Source: Pseudomonadota bacterium (GTDB taxonomy: Bacteria; Pseudomonadota; Alphaproteobacteria; CACIAM-22H2). Taken from it: 64,000 nt of DNA. Numbering within the stretch: position 1 is the first letter of the stretch; every line of letters begins with the position of its first letter. Below the pieces are notes generated by a model, which was not told where the DNA came from, made no database searches, and saw nothing but the letters and a program-made list of their open reading frames with translations. The translations under genes were made by a program, and so were the position numbers. Of this stretch, positions 37,511-53,036 are shown piece by piece. The stretch is from the NCBI GenBank assembly GCA_052387815.1, contig JBQTIU010000049.1, forward strand, positions 1,670 through 65,669, written 5' to 3'.

Positions 37511-39628
37511 ATGCGTGAGAAGGGCGGGCCTGTCCCGCTGCCGGCGGAGGGTCCGTCCGGGGCCGACATCGCCGCCATCGAGAAGTTCGATTTTGGCGCC
37601 AAGCCCCGCGACCTGAGGGCCTGGGAGAAGGCCCCGCTCTATTACTTCTGCGCCGCTTATACCGCCTTCCACCTCGCCGTGCTCAACTTCGTGGCGCTCG
37701 ACGAGTGGCTGTTCCGGGCGGTCCACGTGTCGGGCGGCGCGACAATCGGCTTCACGATGTATTCGGTGTGGCGCGGCGAGCGGCGCCGCGGCGTGCCGGC
37801 CTGGGATTGGGTCCTGATCGCGCTGTCGGTTTATTGCGCCGGGTACATCTACGACAGCCTGCCGGGCCTGATCATGCGCGTCGGTGTGATGCCGACCCAA
37901 GGCGACTATATCGTCGGCGCGATCGGCACGGCTCTCGTCCTCGAGTTCGCGCGCCGGACCGCGGGCCCGATCCTGCCGATCCTGGCGACGCTGTTCATCG
38001 CCTATTCGTTTCTCGGGTCGTGGATGCCCGGAGTCCTCCACCACCGCGGCTTCGCGCCGGCGGATTTCTTTTCGTTCATTTACAGCATGGAGGGCATCTT
38101 CGGGATGACGACGGCGGCGTCCTCGCAGTACATCGTGCTGTTCGTCGCCTTCGCCTCGTTCCTCCAGGTCTCGAAGATCGGCGACTATTTCATACAGCTG
38201 TCGATCGCGCTGTGCGGCTGGACACGCGGCGGGCCGGCCAAGGTGGCGGTCATCTCCGGCATCCTGTTCGGCACCATCAGCGGCAGCGCGGTCGCCAATG
38301 TGGTGGCGAGCGGCACCTTCACCATCCCGATGATGCGGCGGGTGGGGTACACCAAGACCTCGGCGGCGGCGATCGAAGCGACCTCCTCGACCGGCGGGCA
38401 GATCACGCCCCCGGTGATGGGGGCGGGCGCCTTCATCATGGCCGAGATCACCAACATCCCCTATTCCGACATCGCGCTCGCCGCGGTCATTCCGGCGTTG
38501 TTGTTCTACGTCGCCAACTACGCCCATGTCGATATCGAGGCGATCAAGCAGAACATCCACGGCCTGCCGCGCGAGGAACTGCCGCAGATCAAGCCGCTCT
38601 TGGGCCAGATCTGCCTACTGACGCCGCTCGTCATCCTGGTCATGTTGCTGCTCTCGGGCTATTCGGTGATTGCCGCCGGCACTTGGGGCATCATCACCGC
38701 GATCCTGGTCATGCTGCTTCACCAATTGCGGCTGCACTCGGCGTTCCTGCTCGTGCCGCTGGGCCTCTTTAGCGCCCTGTTGTGGTCCGACTACGAGGTC
38801 CACCCGGCCGGTGCGATCGCGCTCGGCGCCGCTGCGGGCGTGGCGCTCGCGGTCGGCCTCCTGCGCCACGGCATGGCGACTTGCCTGGCGGCGATCCGCG
38901 CCACCATCCAAGAGGCCATCGCCGGGCTCGCGGACGGCGCCAAGCAATCGATCCAGCTGGTGGCGGTGTGCGCGTGCGCCGGCATCATCGTCGGCGTCCT
39001 CGGCTTGACCGGGCTCGGCGGCCGCTTTTCGGCGATGATCCTCGCCATCGCCGGCGACAGCCAGTTCCTCGCCCTGTGCTTCGCGGCGTTGATCGCGCTC
39101 TTGCTCGGCATGGGCATGCCGACCACGGCCGCCTACGTCATCGCCGCCTCGGTGGTGGCGCCCGGGCTGCAGCGGCTCGGCATCGACCCGCTGGTGGCGC
39201 ACATGTTCGTCTTCTATTACGCGGTCATCTCGGCAATCACGCCGCCGGTGGCGCTGGCCTCGTTTGCGGCCGCCGCGCTCGCCCAATGCGACCCCTGGAA
39301 GGCGTCGTTCGAATCGGTGCGCTACGGCATCGCGGCCTTCGTGGTGCCGTTCATGTTCTTCTACAACCCCGAACTCTTGATGAAAGGCGACGACCTTCAG
39401 ATCGCGCTCATGTTCGTGACCGCCGTGTTCGGCATCTACTTCCTGGCGCTCGCCAGCGAAGGCTGGATCCGCGGGCCGCTCAACCTCGCGCTGCGCGCCG
39501 GGCTGCTGGTCGCCGCCTTCCTGCTGGTCGCCGGCAGCCTGTGGCTGGATATCGCGGGCTTGGCGATCGGCGGTGGCATCTACGCCTGGCGTTACATCCG
39601 CTCGCGCCAGGCCCGTGCCGCCGCCTGA
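37511..39628 (+). CDS. TAXI-type TRAP transporter fused (DctQ-DctM-like) permease
   Basis: 705-aa polytopic membrane protein immediately after the TAXI receptor. Typical of fused 4TM/12TM TRAP permeases. Confidence 0.85.
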   Translation: MREKGGPVPLPAEGPSGADIAAIEKFDFGAKPRDLRAWEKAPLYYFCAAYTAFHLAVLNFVALDEWLFRAVHVSGGATIGFTMYSVWRGERRRGVPAWDWVLIALSVYCAGYIYDSLPGLIMRVGVMPTQGDYIVGAIGTALVLEFARRTAGPILPILATLFIAYSFLGSWMPGVLHHRGFAPADFFSFIYSMEGIFGMTTAASSQYIVLFVAFASFLQVSKIGDYFIQLSIALCGWTRGGPAKVAVISGILFGTISGSAVANVVASGTFTIPMMRRVGYTKTSAAAIEATSSTGGQITPPVMGAGAFIMAEITNIPYSDIALAAVIPALLFYVANYAHVDIEAIKQNIHGLPREELPQIKPLLGQICLLTPLVILVMLLLSGYSVIAAGTWGIITAILVMLLHQLRLHSAFLLVPLGLFSALLWSDYEVHPAGAIALGAAAGVALAVGLLRHGMATCLAAIRATIQEAIAGLADGAKQSIQLVAVCACAGIIVGVLGLTGLGGRFSAMILAIAGDSQFLALCFAALIALLLGMGMPTTAAYVIAASVVAPGLQRLGIDPLVAHMFVFYYAVISAITPPVALASFAAAALAQCDPWKASFESVRYGIAAFVVPFMFFYNPELLMKGDDLQIALMFVTAVFGIYFLALASEGWIRGPLNLALRAGLLVAAFLLVAGSLWLDIAGLAIGGGIYAWRYIRSRQARAAA

Positions 39629-39631
39629 GCC

Positions 39632-39982
39632 TTACCGGGTCGCTCCGCCAGGGACCGGATCGAGGATGACCACTTCGTCGGGTCGGGCGAGATTGAGGAT
39701 CAGGCGCGCCCGCTCTTCCATGAGGTCCGGATCGAGGTTGTCGGACCTCAGCAGCCCGACGCGGCGTGCCAGGGCCTTGCGCTCCGCCGTCACGTCCTCG
39801 AGGTGCGCGCGGGCCTCGGCGATCCGCTCGCTCAAGCGGATATAGGCGCCGAGCCCGCGTTCCCCTTCGACCGAGTGATAGGCGAAATAGCCGACGACGC
39901 AGAAGCCGAGCACCGGCCCGATGGCGTCCTTGGCCCGTCGCTTGAGTTCGCCCCAGAGTCCCATGGGCGGCGAGCGAATCAC
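39632..39982 (-). CDS. ftsB: cell division protein FtsB / septum formation initiator family
   Basis: 116 aa: one TM segment (VLGFCVVGYFAYH) then a coiled coil (LSERIAEARAHLEDVTAERKALARRV...LDPDLMEERAR). Canonical position downstream of eno. Confidence 0.8.
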   Translation of the reverse strand: MIRSPPMGLWGELKRRAKDAIGPVLGFCVVGYFAYHSVEGERGLGAYIRLSERIAEARAHLEDVTAERKALARRVGLLRSDNLDPDLMEERARLILNLARPDEVVILDPVPGGATR

Positions 39983-40063
39983 ACCGCGAGTCGAGCCGTC
40001 AACACAAATGTTTGGAAAAGAGCCCGTCGAAACAGATGATTACCTCCTTGCCCGGCGCCGAAC

Positions 40064-42123
<2,060 letters not shown>

Positions 42124-42184
42124 CGGCCGATCCTTGGCCAGCCGATCGAACGCCGAAGCTGACAATTCAGCGTGCGCGCTTGGC

Positions 42185-43390
42185 TCATACACGGCCGCTT
42201 TTCGACCTTTCGGCTTCCAATGAGAAATAAAGCCGATGAAGCGAGTTATGGAACCGATACGCGCCCCGACCGCTCTCGGGATCGGCATTGATGACGCCGA
42301 GGGTCCTCATCTTTTGCAAGATATTGTCAAGGACCTTCGCCTCGCCAGCGTCCAGTTTCTCCAACAACGTCGAACGTGTAAAATCGATAGTCCGTGCGCC
42401 GGCAACTTTGCGAAGTATCGCCCGGTACTTTGGACTGCGTATGGCCTGCAAAACCTGGGGCTCAAGATACTTTCTGCCGACGATTTCGGCCGCCGCAATG
42501 ACACCGGCGACTGCATCATTAAGATCGATGCGGTCATCGGTGTTTGCCTTGAAAACCGCATCGCCGATTTCGTGCGCTAACACGGGGAGACCGCCCGAAT
42601 GCCACGCCAACCATTTCAATCTGTGGTTATCGATCTCGATTCCAACCTTTGCAAACGCCGTTTTTAAGAAATCGCGGGTTTCCGACTCGGTCCAAACGCG
42701 AATGTCGATGACATCGAAAACCCGAGCGAGCGATGGTTGCGGCTTGATCAGCGATTGCCGCCGCTCCTCCAACCCCACAAGCACCAAACAAAGCGGCAAC
42801 GGCTGAATGGCGGTTGCGATCTCATCGACCAAGCTTTTCAGCCAGTTCGCAAATGCAGGCGAATCCGCCAGCCCGTTGATGTCGTCTATGACGATGACCA
42901 GGGTCTTCTTGTCGTCGCGGAGCCGGTCCATGAGATTGCGGAGCGCCGGGGCGAAATCGTGGGCCAGGCGCCGCAACTCGCCATTGGAGGGCTGGAACTC
43001 GACTGTGACCCCGAATAGCCCTACGTTGCGGATGTGATCGCCGAACAAATTCCGGATCTTGCTGTACCATTCCCTGTTCAGGTTGTCGTTCGCCAGTCTA
43101 TCGAAGATTCGGCGGACCATCTCCTCGACCGAGCTCACGCCGCCCAAAAACGTGTGAATGCTCAGCGCCCCGAAGTCGCGCTCGGCAATGACCCGGGCGA
43201 AAGAGGTGAGGGAACTCTTGCCGATGCCCCTTTCTCCGGCGACGAAAGCCACCTGGAGTCGGCGGGGCGCCGCTTGCGCGACCTTGTCCGTGAGCCTTTT
43301 GATTTCCTTGTGGCGGCCAACGAAGAACTCGACCGGAACCGGCAGTCCGGGCGTGAACGGGCTGTACTCCCTCGGCAGATGCGCGGCCAT
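42185..43390 (-). CDS. AAA+ ATPase, Arch_ATPase/ORC-Cdc6-like with C-terminal winged-helix-like domain
   Basis: 401 aa. FFVGRHKEIKRLTDKV, Walker A GERGIGKSSL, Walker B LVIVIDDINGL. C-terminal ...LDNILQKMRTLGVINADPESGRGAYRFHNSL looks wHTH-like. Hand-counted G+C is 50% and 45% in blocks 42601-42660 and 42661-42720. Confidence 0.7.
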   Translation of the reverse strand: MAAHLPREYSPFTPGLPVPVEFFVGRHKEIKRLTDKVAQAAPRRLQVAFVAGERGIGKSSLTSFARVIAERDFGALSIHTFLGGVSSVEEMVRRIFDRLANDNLNREWYSKIRNLFGDHIRNVGLFGVTVEFQPSNGELRRLAHDFAPALRNLMDRLRDDKKTLVIVIDDINGLADSPAFANWLKSLVDEIATAIQPLPLCLVLVGLEERRQSLIKPQPSLARVFDVIDIRVWTESETRDFLKTAFAKVGIEIDNHRLKWLAWHSGGLPVLAHEIGDAVFKANTDDRIDLNDAVAGVIAAAEIVGRKYLEPQVLQAIRSPKYRAILRKVAGARTIDFTRSTLLEKLDAGEAKVLDNILQKMRTLGVINADPESGRGAYRFHNSLHRLYFSLEAERSKSGRV

Positions 43391-43409
43391 CGCGTGAGCC
43401 TAGCCCGTT

Positions 43410-44255
43410 TCAACCTTCGGCCGCCAGTTGCGATTTCGCCAGCCGGTCGAATGCCTGGAGCCGCGCGAGCAGGGCCGGCATGTCCTTGAGCGCGACCATG
43501 TTCGGCCCATCGGAGGGCGCGCGGTCGGGGTCCTGGTGGGTCTCCATGAACACCGCCGCGACGCCGACCGCGACCGCGGCGCGGGCGAGGACCGGCACGA
43601 ACTCTCGCTCGCCGCCGCTCCTCGTCCCCTGGCCGCCCGGCTGCTGGACCGAGTGCGTGGCGTCGAACACCACCGGATAGCCGGTCGCGGCGAGAATCGG
43701 CAGCGCGCGCATGTCGGAGACCAGCGTGTTGTAGCCGAACGACACGCCGCGCTCGCATACGAGCACATTCTGGTTGCCGGCGCCGGCGATCTTGGCGATC
43801 ACGTTGCGCATGTCCCATGGGGCGAGGAACTGGCCCTTCTTGACATTGATCGCCCGGCCGGTCTTGGCCGCCGCCACCAGGAGGTCGGTCTGCCGGCACA
43901 GGAAGGCCGGTATCTGCAGGACATCGACCGCTTCGGCCACAGGCGCGCATTGGCCGGGCTCGTGGACATCGGTCAAGACCGGGCAGCCCCACCTCTCGCG
44001 CACCTCGGCGAGGATGGGGAGGCTGTGCTCTAGGCCGACGCCGCGCGGGGCGTCGGCCGCGGTCCGGTTCGCCTTGTCGAACGAGGTCTTGTAGACGAGG
44101 CCCAGGCCCAGCCGCGCCGTCATCTCGACCAAGGCATGGCTGGTCTCGAGCGCGTGCGCCCGGCTCTCCAGCGCGCACGGGCCGGCGATCAGCGCCATCG
44201 CCCGGTCGTTGCCGAGCGTCAGGTTGCCGACATGGACGTGGCGGGGCGCGGTCAT
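43410..44255 (-). CDS. kdsA: 3-deoxy-8-phosphooctulonate (KDO8P) synthase
   Basis: 281 aa. [37 protein letters not shown]. Confidence 0.95.
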   Translation of the reverse strand: MTAPRHVHVGNLTLGNDRAMALIAGPCALESRAHALETSHALVEMTARLGLGLVYKTSFDKANRTAADAPRGVGLEHSLPILAEVRERWGCPVLTDVHEPGQCAPVAEAVDVLQIPAFLCRQTDLLVAAAKTGRAINVKKGQFLAPWDMRNVIAKIAGAGNQNVLVCERGVSFGYNTLVSDMRALPILAATGYPVVFDATHSVQQPGGQGTRSGGEREFVPVLARAAVAVGVAAVFMETHQDPDRAPSDGPNMVALKDMPALLARLQAFDRLAKSQLAAEG

Positions 44256-45240
44256 GCAACAGCGGCGCCGAGGCGCTCCACGATCCGGTCCGCGAGCGCC
44301 TTGAAGTCGCGCGCGGTATCGCGGGCCGCCTTGGCGTGCGAGCCAATCGCGCCATCGGCTGCGGTGAGATGAAACATGGGCTTTCGAGCCTCTTGCGCGA
44401 GCGGCAGCAAGCTTGCGTAATGCTTCAAGAGCGCCAGGCAGTAGGGATCGGTTTCGGCGGCCTCCGGCGCCAGCTCGGGTGACTCCAGAACGGACGAGCG
44501 ATACTGCTTAGGTATCGCGTTGATCCAACGATCGTAGGCTCGCACCGGCCGATCGAGTCGCACGGCGTGCCGCATGACGATATAGCCGATCGGCTCCATT
44601 CGGCCAGCCGGAAGCTCCAGCGATGGACCGGAGGCCCTGCGGGTTATCCGATCCTGCCACTGCTGGCGCCAAGTGCGAATGGTCGGGCCGAGGTTCCTTA
44701 GGCCCTGTAGCGAGTACAGGTCGGGCGCCAGGGGAAAAGCAATGGCATCCGCCGCGATCAGGGCCGCGCGGTTGATCGCGCCAAGGTTGGGGCCCATGTC
44801 GATCAAGACGAACTCGGCACGGCTTTCGTGCGCGGCCGCGGCAATAACGCGCCACAACGCGGATATGACTCGAAAGGCTCTCGCATCGCCATCGGCGCAT
44901 CGCGGCCATCCGTCGCTCAACTGGTCCTCAAACCTGGACAATGCCAGATTGCCCACGATCAAGCCCAAGTTGTCGCTAATGGCCTCGACGCGGGCGGCGA
45001 GGATATCGCCTGTACCTTCCATAAGCGGTCTCACGCACCCGAAAATCGTGCCGTCCTCAGCTTCCTCGCCCCACAGCTCCTCCAGCCTGTCCTCGTCAAG
45101 GAAAGACGCGGTCACGTTGGCCTGGGGATCAAGGTCCGCAACCACGATGCGGCGCCCCGATTCAGCCAGCCTCCACGCAAGATGAAAGACCAGCGTCGTC
45201 TTTCCGACGCCGCCTTTGTTGTTGAAGAAGGCAATGGTTC

Positions 45241-45244
<4 letters not shown>
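44252..45244 (-). CDS. ParA/MinD-superfamily P-loop ATPase (ParA-like, atypical C-terminal half)
   Basis: (GTG)[22 protein letters not shown] (deviant Walker A), [20 protein letters not shown]. The C-terminal ~130 aa are not obviously canonical ParA. GTGA overlap with the upstream gene and ATGA overlap with kdsA. Confidence 0.75.
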
Positions 45245-48507
<3,263 letters not shown>

Positions 48508-48582
48508 GGGGAGCTTGGCCGGCGATGGGTTCGCAGCGGACGACGTTCGGGGGTCGAAGGGCGCTGGCTTGCGGGGGCCGTT

Positions 48583-49359
48583 TTAGTCGCTTCCCGGCCG
48601 TAAATCCAGGCCCGCCTCGACGATGGCGATAAAGTCGCCGGCCTGGAGGCTCGCCCCGCCGGCCAGCGCCCCATCGACGCCGGGAACCGCCAGCAATTCC
48701 CGGGCGTTGTCCGGCTTGACCGAGCCGCCATAGAGGATGCGCATCGCCCCGGCATCGGCACCCCGGCCGGCGAGCAGGCGGCGGATGAGCGCATGCGCCT
48801 CGGCGACCTCGGCCGCGCTTGCGTTGCGGCCGGTGCCGATCGCCCATACGGGCTCGTAGGCGATCACCGTGTTGGCGGCCGTCACGCCGGCCGGCAGCGA
48901 GCCCGCGAGCTGGGCGGCGATGACCTCGCCGGTCCGGCCGGCCACGCGCTCAGGCCCGGTCTCGCCGATGCAGATGAGCGCCGAGAGGCCCGCTTGGTGC
49001 GCCGCCGCGGCCTTGGCGCGGACCCGTTCGCTGGTCTCGAAATGGTCGCCTCGCCGCTCGGAATGGCCGACGATCGCGTAGCGGCAGCCGAGATCGGCCA
49101 GCATCGGCGCCGAGATGTCGCCGGTGCGCGCGCCGGCCGGCTCGGCGTGGCAGTCCTGGCCGCCGAGCACGACCGGGCTGCCGGCGATCGCCTCGGCGAC
49201 CACGGCGATCAGGGTCGCCGGCGGGCACACCAGGATCTCGGGGCTGCCGGAAGGCATCGCCTTGGCGCGGCGCGCGATCTCAGCCGCCAGCGCCACGCCG
49301 GCGGCGCTGAGCCCGTTCATCTTCCAGTTGCCCGCGACGAGGACACGCCTCTCTGCCAT
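48583..49359 (-). CDS. tpiA: triose-phosphate isomerase
   Basis: MAERRVLVAGNWKMNG...IVGHSERR...AYEPVWAIGTG. ATG at 49357-49359 inside a longer ORF. Confidence 0.95.
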   Translation of the reverse strand: MAERRVLVAGNWKMNGLSAAGVALAAEIARRAKAMPSGSPEILVCPPATLIAVVAEAIAGSPVVLGGQDCHAEPAGARTGDISAPMLADLGCRYAIVGHSERRGDHFETSERVRAKAAAAHQAGLSALICIGETGPERVAGRTGEVIAAQLAGSLPAGVTAANTVIAYEPVWAIGTGRNASAAEVAEAHALIRRLLAGRGADAGAMRILYGGSVKPDNARELLAVPGVDGALAGGASLQAGDFIAIVEAGLDLRPGSD

Positions 49360-49496
49360 GCGGTCGCCAACCGTCCCGCGAGTGACGGGTTCATCTAGCA
49401 TGGGACGCGGCCGTTTTGAAAGGTTGCGGGGGCCCCCTCGCCCCCCTATGATGCGCACCCCAATCGCTAGGGCGTGTCATCGGATGAGTCCATAGA

Positions 49497-51380
49497 ATGC
49501 TGCAAAAACTGCGCGATATTGCGGCTGGTACGGTCGCGAAAGTGCTGTTCGCCCTGCTCGTCGGCAGCTTCGCCCTGTGGGGCATCGGCGACTATGCGTT
49601 CCTGCGCCCCGGCGACCCGACGGCGCTGCGCGTCGGCGCCGTCAACGTCACGGGGACCCAGCTCGGCATCGAATATCGCCGCGAGCTCGACCGGTTGCGC
49701 CGCGCCTTCGGCCAGCTCGATGCCGAGATGGCACGCCAGATCGGCGTCATGGACCAGGTCATCGAGCGACTGATCGACCGCACCGTGCTCGATCAGGCCG
49801 CCGACAAGCTTGGCCTCCTGGTCAGCGACGAGGTGGTCCGCAACCGCATCACCGCCGACCCGTCGTTCAAGGGTCCGGGCGGGACCTTCGACCGCTATCG
49901 GTTCCAGCAATTGTTGTGGGGAACCGGTTACAACGAGCAGGGCTTTACCGAGCTCCTGCGACGCGAGATCACCCGCGCCAAGATCGTCGACGCGATCGCC
50001 GAGGGCATTCGGGTCCCCGACCTCGTGGTCGATCGGCTCTACCGCTACCGCAACGAGCGCAGGGACGGCGAAGCGGTGTTCGTTCCGACCGCCGCGGTGG
50101 GCGATGTGGGCCAGCCCGACGACGCGCAGTTGCAAGCGGTCTTCGACGACAACGTCGAACGCTTCACGGCGCCGGAATACCGCGCGCTGTCGGTGGTGCG
50201 CGTGGGTGTCGAAGAGATCATGCCGTCGATCCGCGTCGACGAGCAGGCGCTGCGCGAGGAATACGAGGCGCGGCTGTCCGAAATGAAGGTCCCCGAGCAC
50301 CGCGAGGTCGAACAGATGGTGTTCCAGGACGAGGCCGCGGCCAAGGCGGCGCACGAGCGCCTCGAGGCCGGCGCCGCGTTCTCCGAGGTGGCGCGCGAGG
50401 CAGCCGACCAGGCGCCGGAGCAGTTGCGCCTCGGCCTCTTGAAGCGCGACGATCTGGTTCCCGAACTTGCGGAACCGGTGTTCGCGCTCGCCGTGGGCGC
50501 CAACACCCCGCCGGTCAAGAGCCCCTTCGGCTGGCACCTGTTCCGGGTCGCCAAGATCGAACCTGCCCGCGAGCCGGCGCTCGCGGACGTGCGCGACAGG
50601 CTCATGACCGACGTCCGGCGCCGGCTCGCCGCGGACTCCGCGTATGAGACGGCGACCAAGCTCGAGGATGCGATCGCCGGCGGGGCCGCGCTTGAAGCGG
50701 CGGCGGAGAAGGTCGGGTTGAGCCTGATCAAGATCGAGGCGCTCGACCCGCGCGGCGGCGCCCCCGACGGCACACCGGTGCCGGCGCTCGCCGACGCGCG
50801 CGAGGCGCTGGCTGCCGCCTTCTCCACCGAACAGGGACGCGAAAGCCAGCTCATCGAGACGCGCGACGGCGTTTGGTTCCTGTTGCGCGTCGACCGGGTC
50901 ACGTCCTCGCGCGTCAAGCCGCTCGCCGAGGTGCGCGCGCAGGCGATCGAGCTCTGGGAAGAGCAGAAACGCCACGAAGCCGCGCGCACCCGCGCCGAGA
51001 CGATCTTGGATCGCGTGCGCAAGGGCGAGATCATGAACGCAGCGAGCTCCGAGTTCGGCCTCAGGCCCGAGCCGACCCCCGCTCTCGTGCGCCCCAGCGC
51101 CTCGGATCGTTCGGACGCCGCCGCTCCCGAAGTGACGGCGCGACTGTTCCAGCTCAAACCCCTGGAAGCCGGATTGGCGCCGGCGCGCAACGGCTATTAC
51201 GTCGTCCGCCTGGTCGGGATCTTGCCCGCCGATCCCGGCACCGACCGCGCCGGAGTATCACGGCTGCGCGATCAGCTCCGCAGTCAAATCGGCAACGATC
51301 TGGTGAGCGAATACAGCGCCGCGCTGCGCCAGCGTTTCGGCGTCGAAATCAACCGCGAGACCGTCGATCGGCTCTATTAG
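49497..51380 (+). CDS. ppiD: periplasmic chaperone / peptidyl-prolyl isomerase PpiD-like
   Basis: 627 aa. N-terminal membrane anchor (VLFALLVGSFALWGIG), SurA-N-like region, and a parvulin-like region (SPFGWHLFRV). Confidence 0.8.
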   Translation: MLQKLRDIAAGTVAKVLFALLVGSFALWGIGDYAFLRPGDPTALRVGAVNVTGTQLGIEYRRELDRLRRAFGQLDAEMARQIGVMDQVIERLIDRTVLDQAADKLGLLVSDEVVRNRITADPSFKGPGGTFDRYRFQQLLWGTGYNEQGFTELLRREITRAKIVDAIAEGIRVPDLVVDRLYRYRNERRDGEAVFVPTAAVGDVGQPDDAQLQAVFDDNVERFTAPEYRALSVVRVGVEEIMPSIRVDEQALREEYEARLSEMKVPEHREVEQMVFQDEAAAKAAHERLEAGAAFSEVAREAADQAPEQLRLGLLKRDDLVPELAEPVFALAVGANTPPVKSPFGWHLFRVAKIEPAREPALADVRDRLMTDVRRRLAADSAYETATKLEDAIAGGAALEAAAEKVGLSLIKIEALDPRGGAPDGTPVPALADAREALAAAFSTEQGRESQLIETRDGVWFLLRVDRVTSSRVKPLAEVRAQAIELWEEQKRHEAARTRAETILDRVRKGEIMNAASSEFGLRPEPTPALVRPSASDRSDAAAPEVTARLFQLKPLEAGLAPARNGYYVVRLVGILPADPGTDRAGVSRLRDQLRSQIGNDLVSEYSAALRQRFGVEINRETVDRLY

Positions 51381-51411
51381 CGGCGCGTGCCGGGAGGCGC
51401 GGGTGGCCTGA

Positions 51412-52410
51412 TCAGCCGGTGTGGGCCGGCGCGTCGCGACGAAGGCGATGGCGGACGACGGCGCTCAGCGGAACGACCGCGAGACCCCGGGCAGCGGCGG
51501 CGCGCAACCACGGTTCCAGGGCATCGAGCGTGCCATCGTGCGGATGGCCAATGGCGAGCGCATAACCGCGCCGGCGGGCCAACGCCTCGACTTCGGCGAG
51601 CCGCGCGGCGACCGCCTCCGGGCTGGGCTGGTTGTCGAGGAACACGTCGCGTTCGGCAACCCCTAGTCCGGCGCGACGCGCGAGCTCGGCCCCGACGCTC
51701 GAGGACGTGGTCCGCGAATCCAGGAACAAGAGGCCGCGGGCCTGCAGCTCCTCGATCACCGGCCGCATCGCCCCCACTTCGCGCGTGAACTTGCTGCCCA
51801 TGTGGTTGTTGATCCCGACCGCCCCCGGGATCAGCGCCAGGTCGGCAGCGAGGCGCCGCCGTATCTCGGCCGGACCAAGCGCGACGATGAGCGCCCCCGG
51901 CCCGGGGTTCTCCGTGCCTTGCGGCTCCATGGGGACATGAAGCAGCAACTCGTGGCCGGTCGCCCGCGCCGCTGCCGTCTGGCGATCGAGGTCGTGTGCA
52001 TAAGGGAGGAACGCGAGCGTGAGCGGTGCCGGGAGCGCCATGGCTCGCGTCGAGCGCTTGCGGTCCATGCCCATGTCGTCGATGACGATCGCGACCAGCG
52101 GCCTGCCGTCGGCGGCCGGGGTGGCGGCGGCGTAACGCTCCCAAGCCGGCATCGTGGTCCCGGCCGCGAGCGGCGCGCCGTGCGGGTCCGGCTTGGGCTC
52201 GGCGACGACGAGTTGCGCCTGGGCGGACGGATCGGCGGGCAGGGCGAGACTTGGCCCCGGCGAGTGCCGGCCCGCAGGCTCGGCGAGCGCGCCGATCGAC
52301 AGGCCGATCAGCACACCGGAGAACAGCGCGACGCAGACCAGCCCAAGACCGCGCGCCACCGCCTCGAGGCAAGTCTTTTTCGGGTGCGGCGCGAGCGTGC
52401 CGTTGGTCAT
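51412..52410 (-). CDS. divergent polysaccharide deacetylase family protein (YibQ-like)
   Basis: N-terminal TM segment, then VAIVIDDMG...LAFLPY...LLHVPMEP...INNHMGS... typical of the YibQ/DUF610 family. Confidence 0.8.
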   Translation of the reverse strand: MTNGTLAPHPKKTCLEAVARGLGLVCVALFSGVLIGLSIGALAEPAGRHSPGPSLALPADPSAQAQLVVAEPKPDPHGAPLAAGTTMPAWERYAAATPAADGRPLVAIVIDDMGMDRKRSTRAMALPAPLTLAFLPYAHDLDRQTAAARATGHELLLHVPMEPQGTENPGPGALIVALGPAEIRRRLAADLALIPGAVGINNHMGSKFTREVGAMRPVIEELQARGLLFLDSRTTSSSVGAELARRAGLGVAERDVFLDNQPSPEAVAARLAEVEALARRRGYALAIGHPHDGTLDALEPWLRAAAARGLAVVPLSAVVRHRLRRDAPAHTG

Positions 52411-52520
52411 GACGCGACCCTAACCCGATTCGGGTCGCCGCCCCCAGCGCCAAGACATTTGACTTGCGGCGGCCGATCGCAACAATCCTCGCCGACCCCA
52501 ACCCGATCGAGCGACTCGCC

Positions 52521-52913
52521 GTGATCCTTCGCCTGCCGACCGCCAGCCTCGCGCTCGCCCTCGCCGCCGCGGCGTGCGCACCGGCGCTGCCGCCGGGCGC
52601 GATCGCGGCCTTCGATGGCGTTTGGGAGGGTCGGGCCAGCCTCTTTACGGTGTCGGAAAATTGCGTCCGGAGCACGCCCTACGTCATGACTGTCCGCAAC
52701 GGCGTCGTGTCCGGCGAGATCCGTTCTCCCCGCGATCCCGAGGCGATATCGGCGCGGTTCGAGGCGGCGATCCAAAGCGACGGGACGATTTACAGCCTGG
52801 CGCGACCCGGGGGCCAAGATGTCGCTATCCGCGGCCGCTTCAGCGGCGATCGTTTCGAGGGCATGACCCGACTCAAGGACTGTCAGAGCCTGCTGTCGCT
52901 GAAGCGCCGGTGA
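52521..52913 (+). CDS. hypothetical lipoprotein
   Basis: A GTG start gives VILRLPTASLALALAAAAC (lipobox-like AAAC). No family recognised. An alternative TTG start lies at 52464. Confidence 0.45.
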   Translation: MILRLPTASLALALAAAACAPALPPGAIAAFDGVWEGRASLFTVSENCVRSTPYVMTVRNGVVSGEIRSPRDPEAISARFEAAIQSDGTIYSLARPGGQDVAIRGRFSGDRFEGMTRLKDCQSLLSLKRR

Positions 52914-53036
52914 CCGCCGCCGCTGCGCCTAGTCGTGGGCCGCCGGACCTGCTATAAAAGTTGCGTGACGATGCTGAATAAAACTCTCAACCTCAGCGCG
53001 TAACGAATTGAAAGCTAACGAGGACTTCGAGCGATC

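Noticed and set aside
52971-53003. 10-codon uORF (MLNKTLNLSA) upstream of trpD, considered as a trp attenuation leader.
   Set aside because: It has no Trp codons, and I saw no alternative terminator/antiterminator hairpins. It is probably fortuitous within an AT-rich promoter region.
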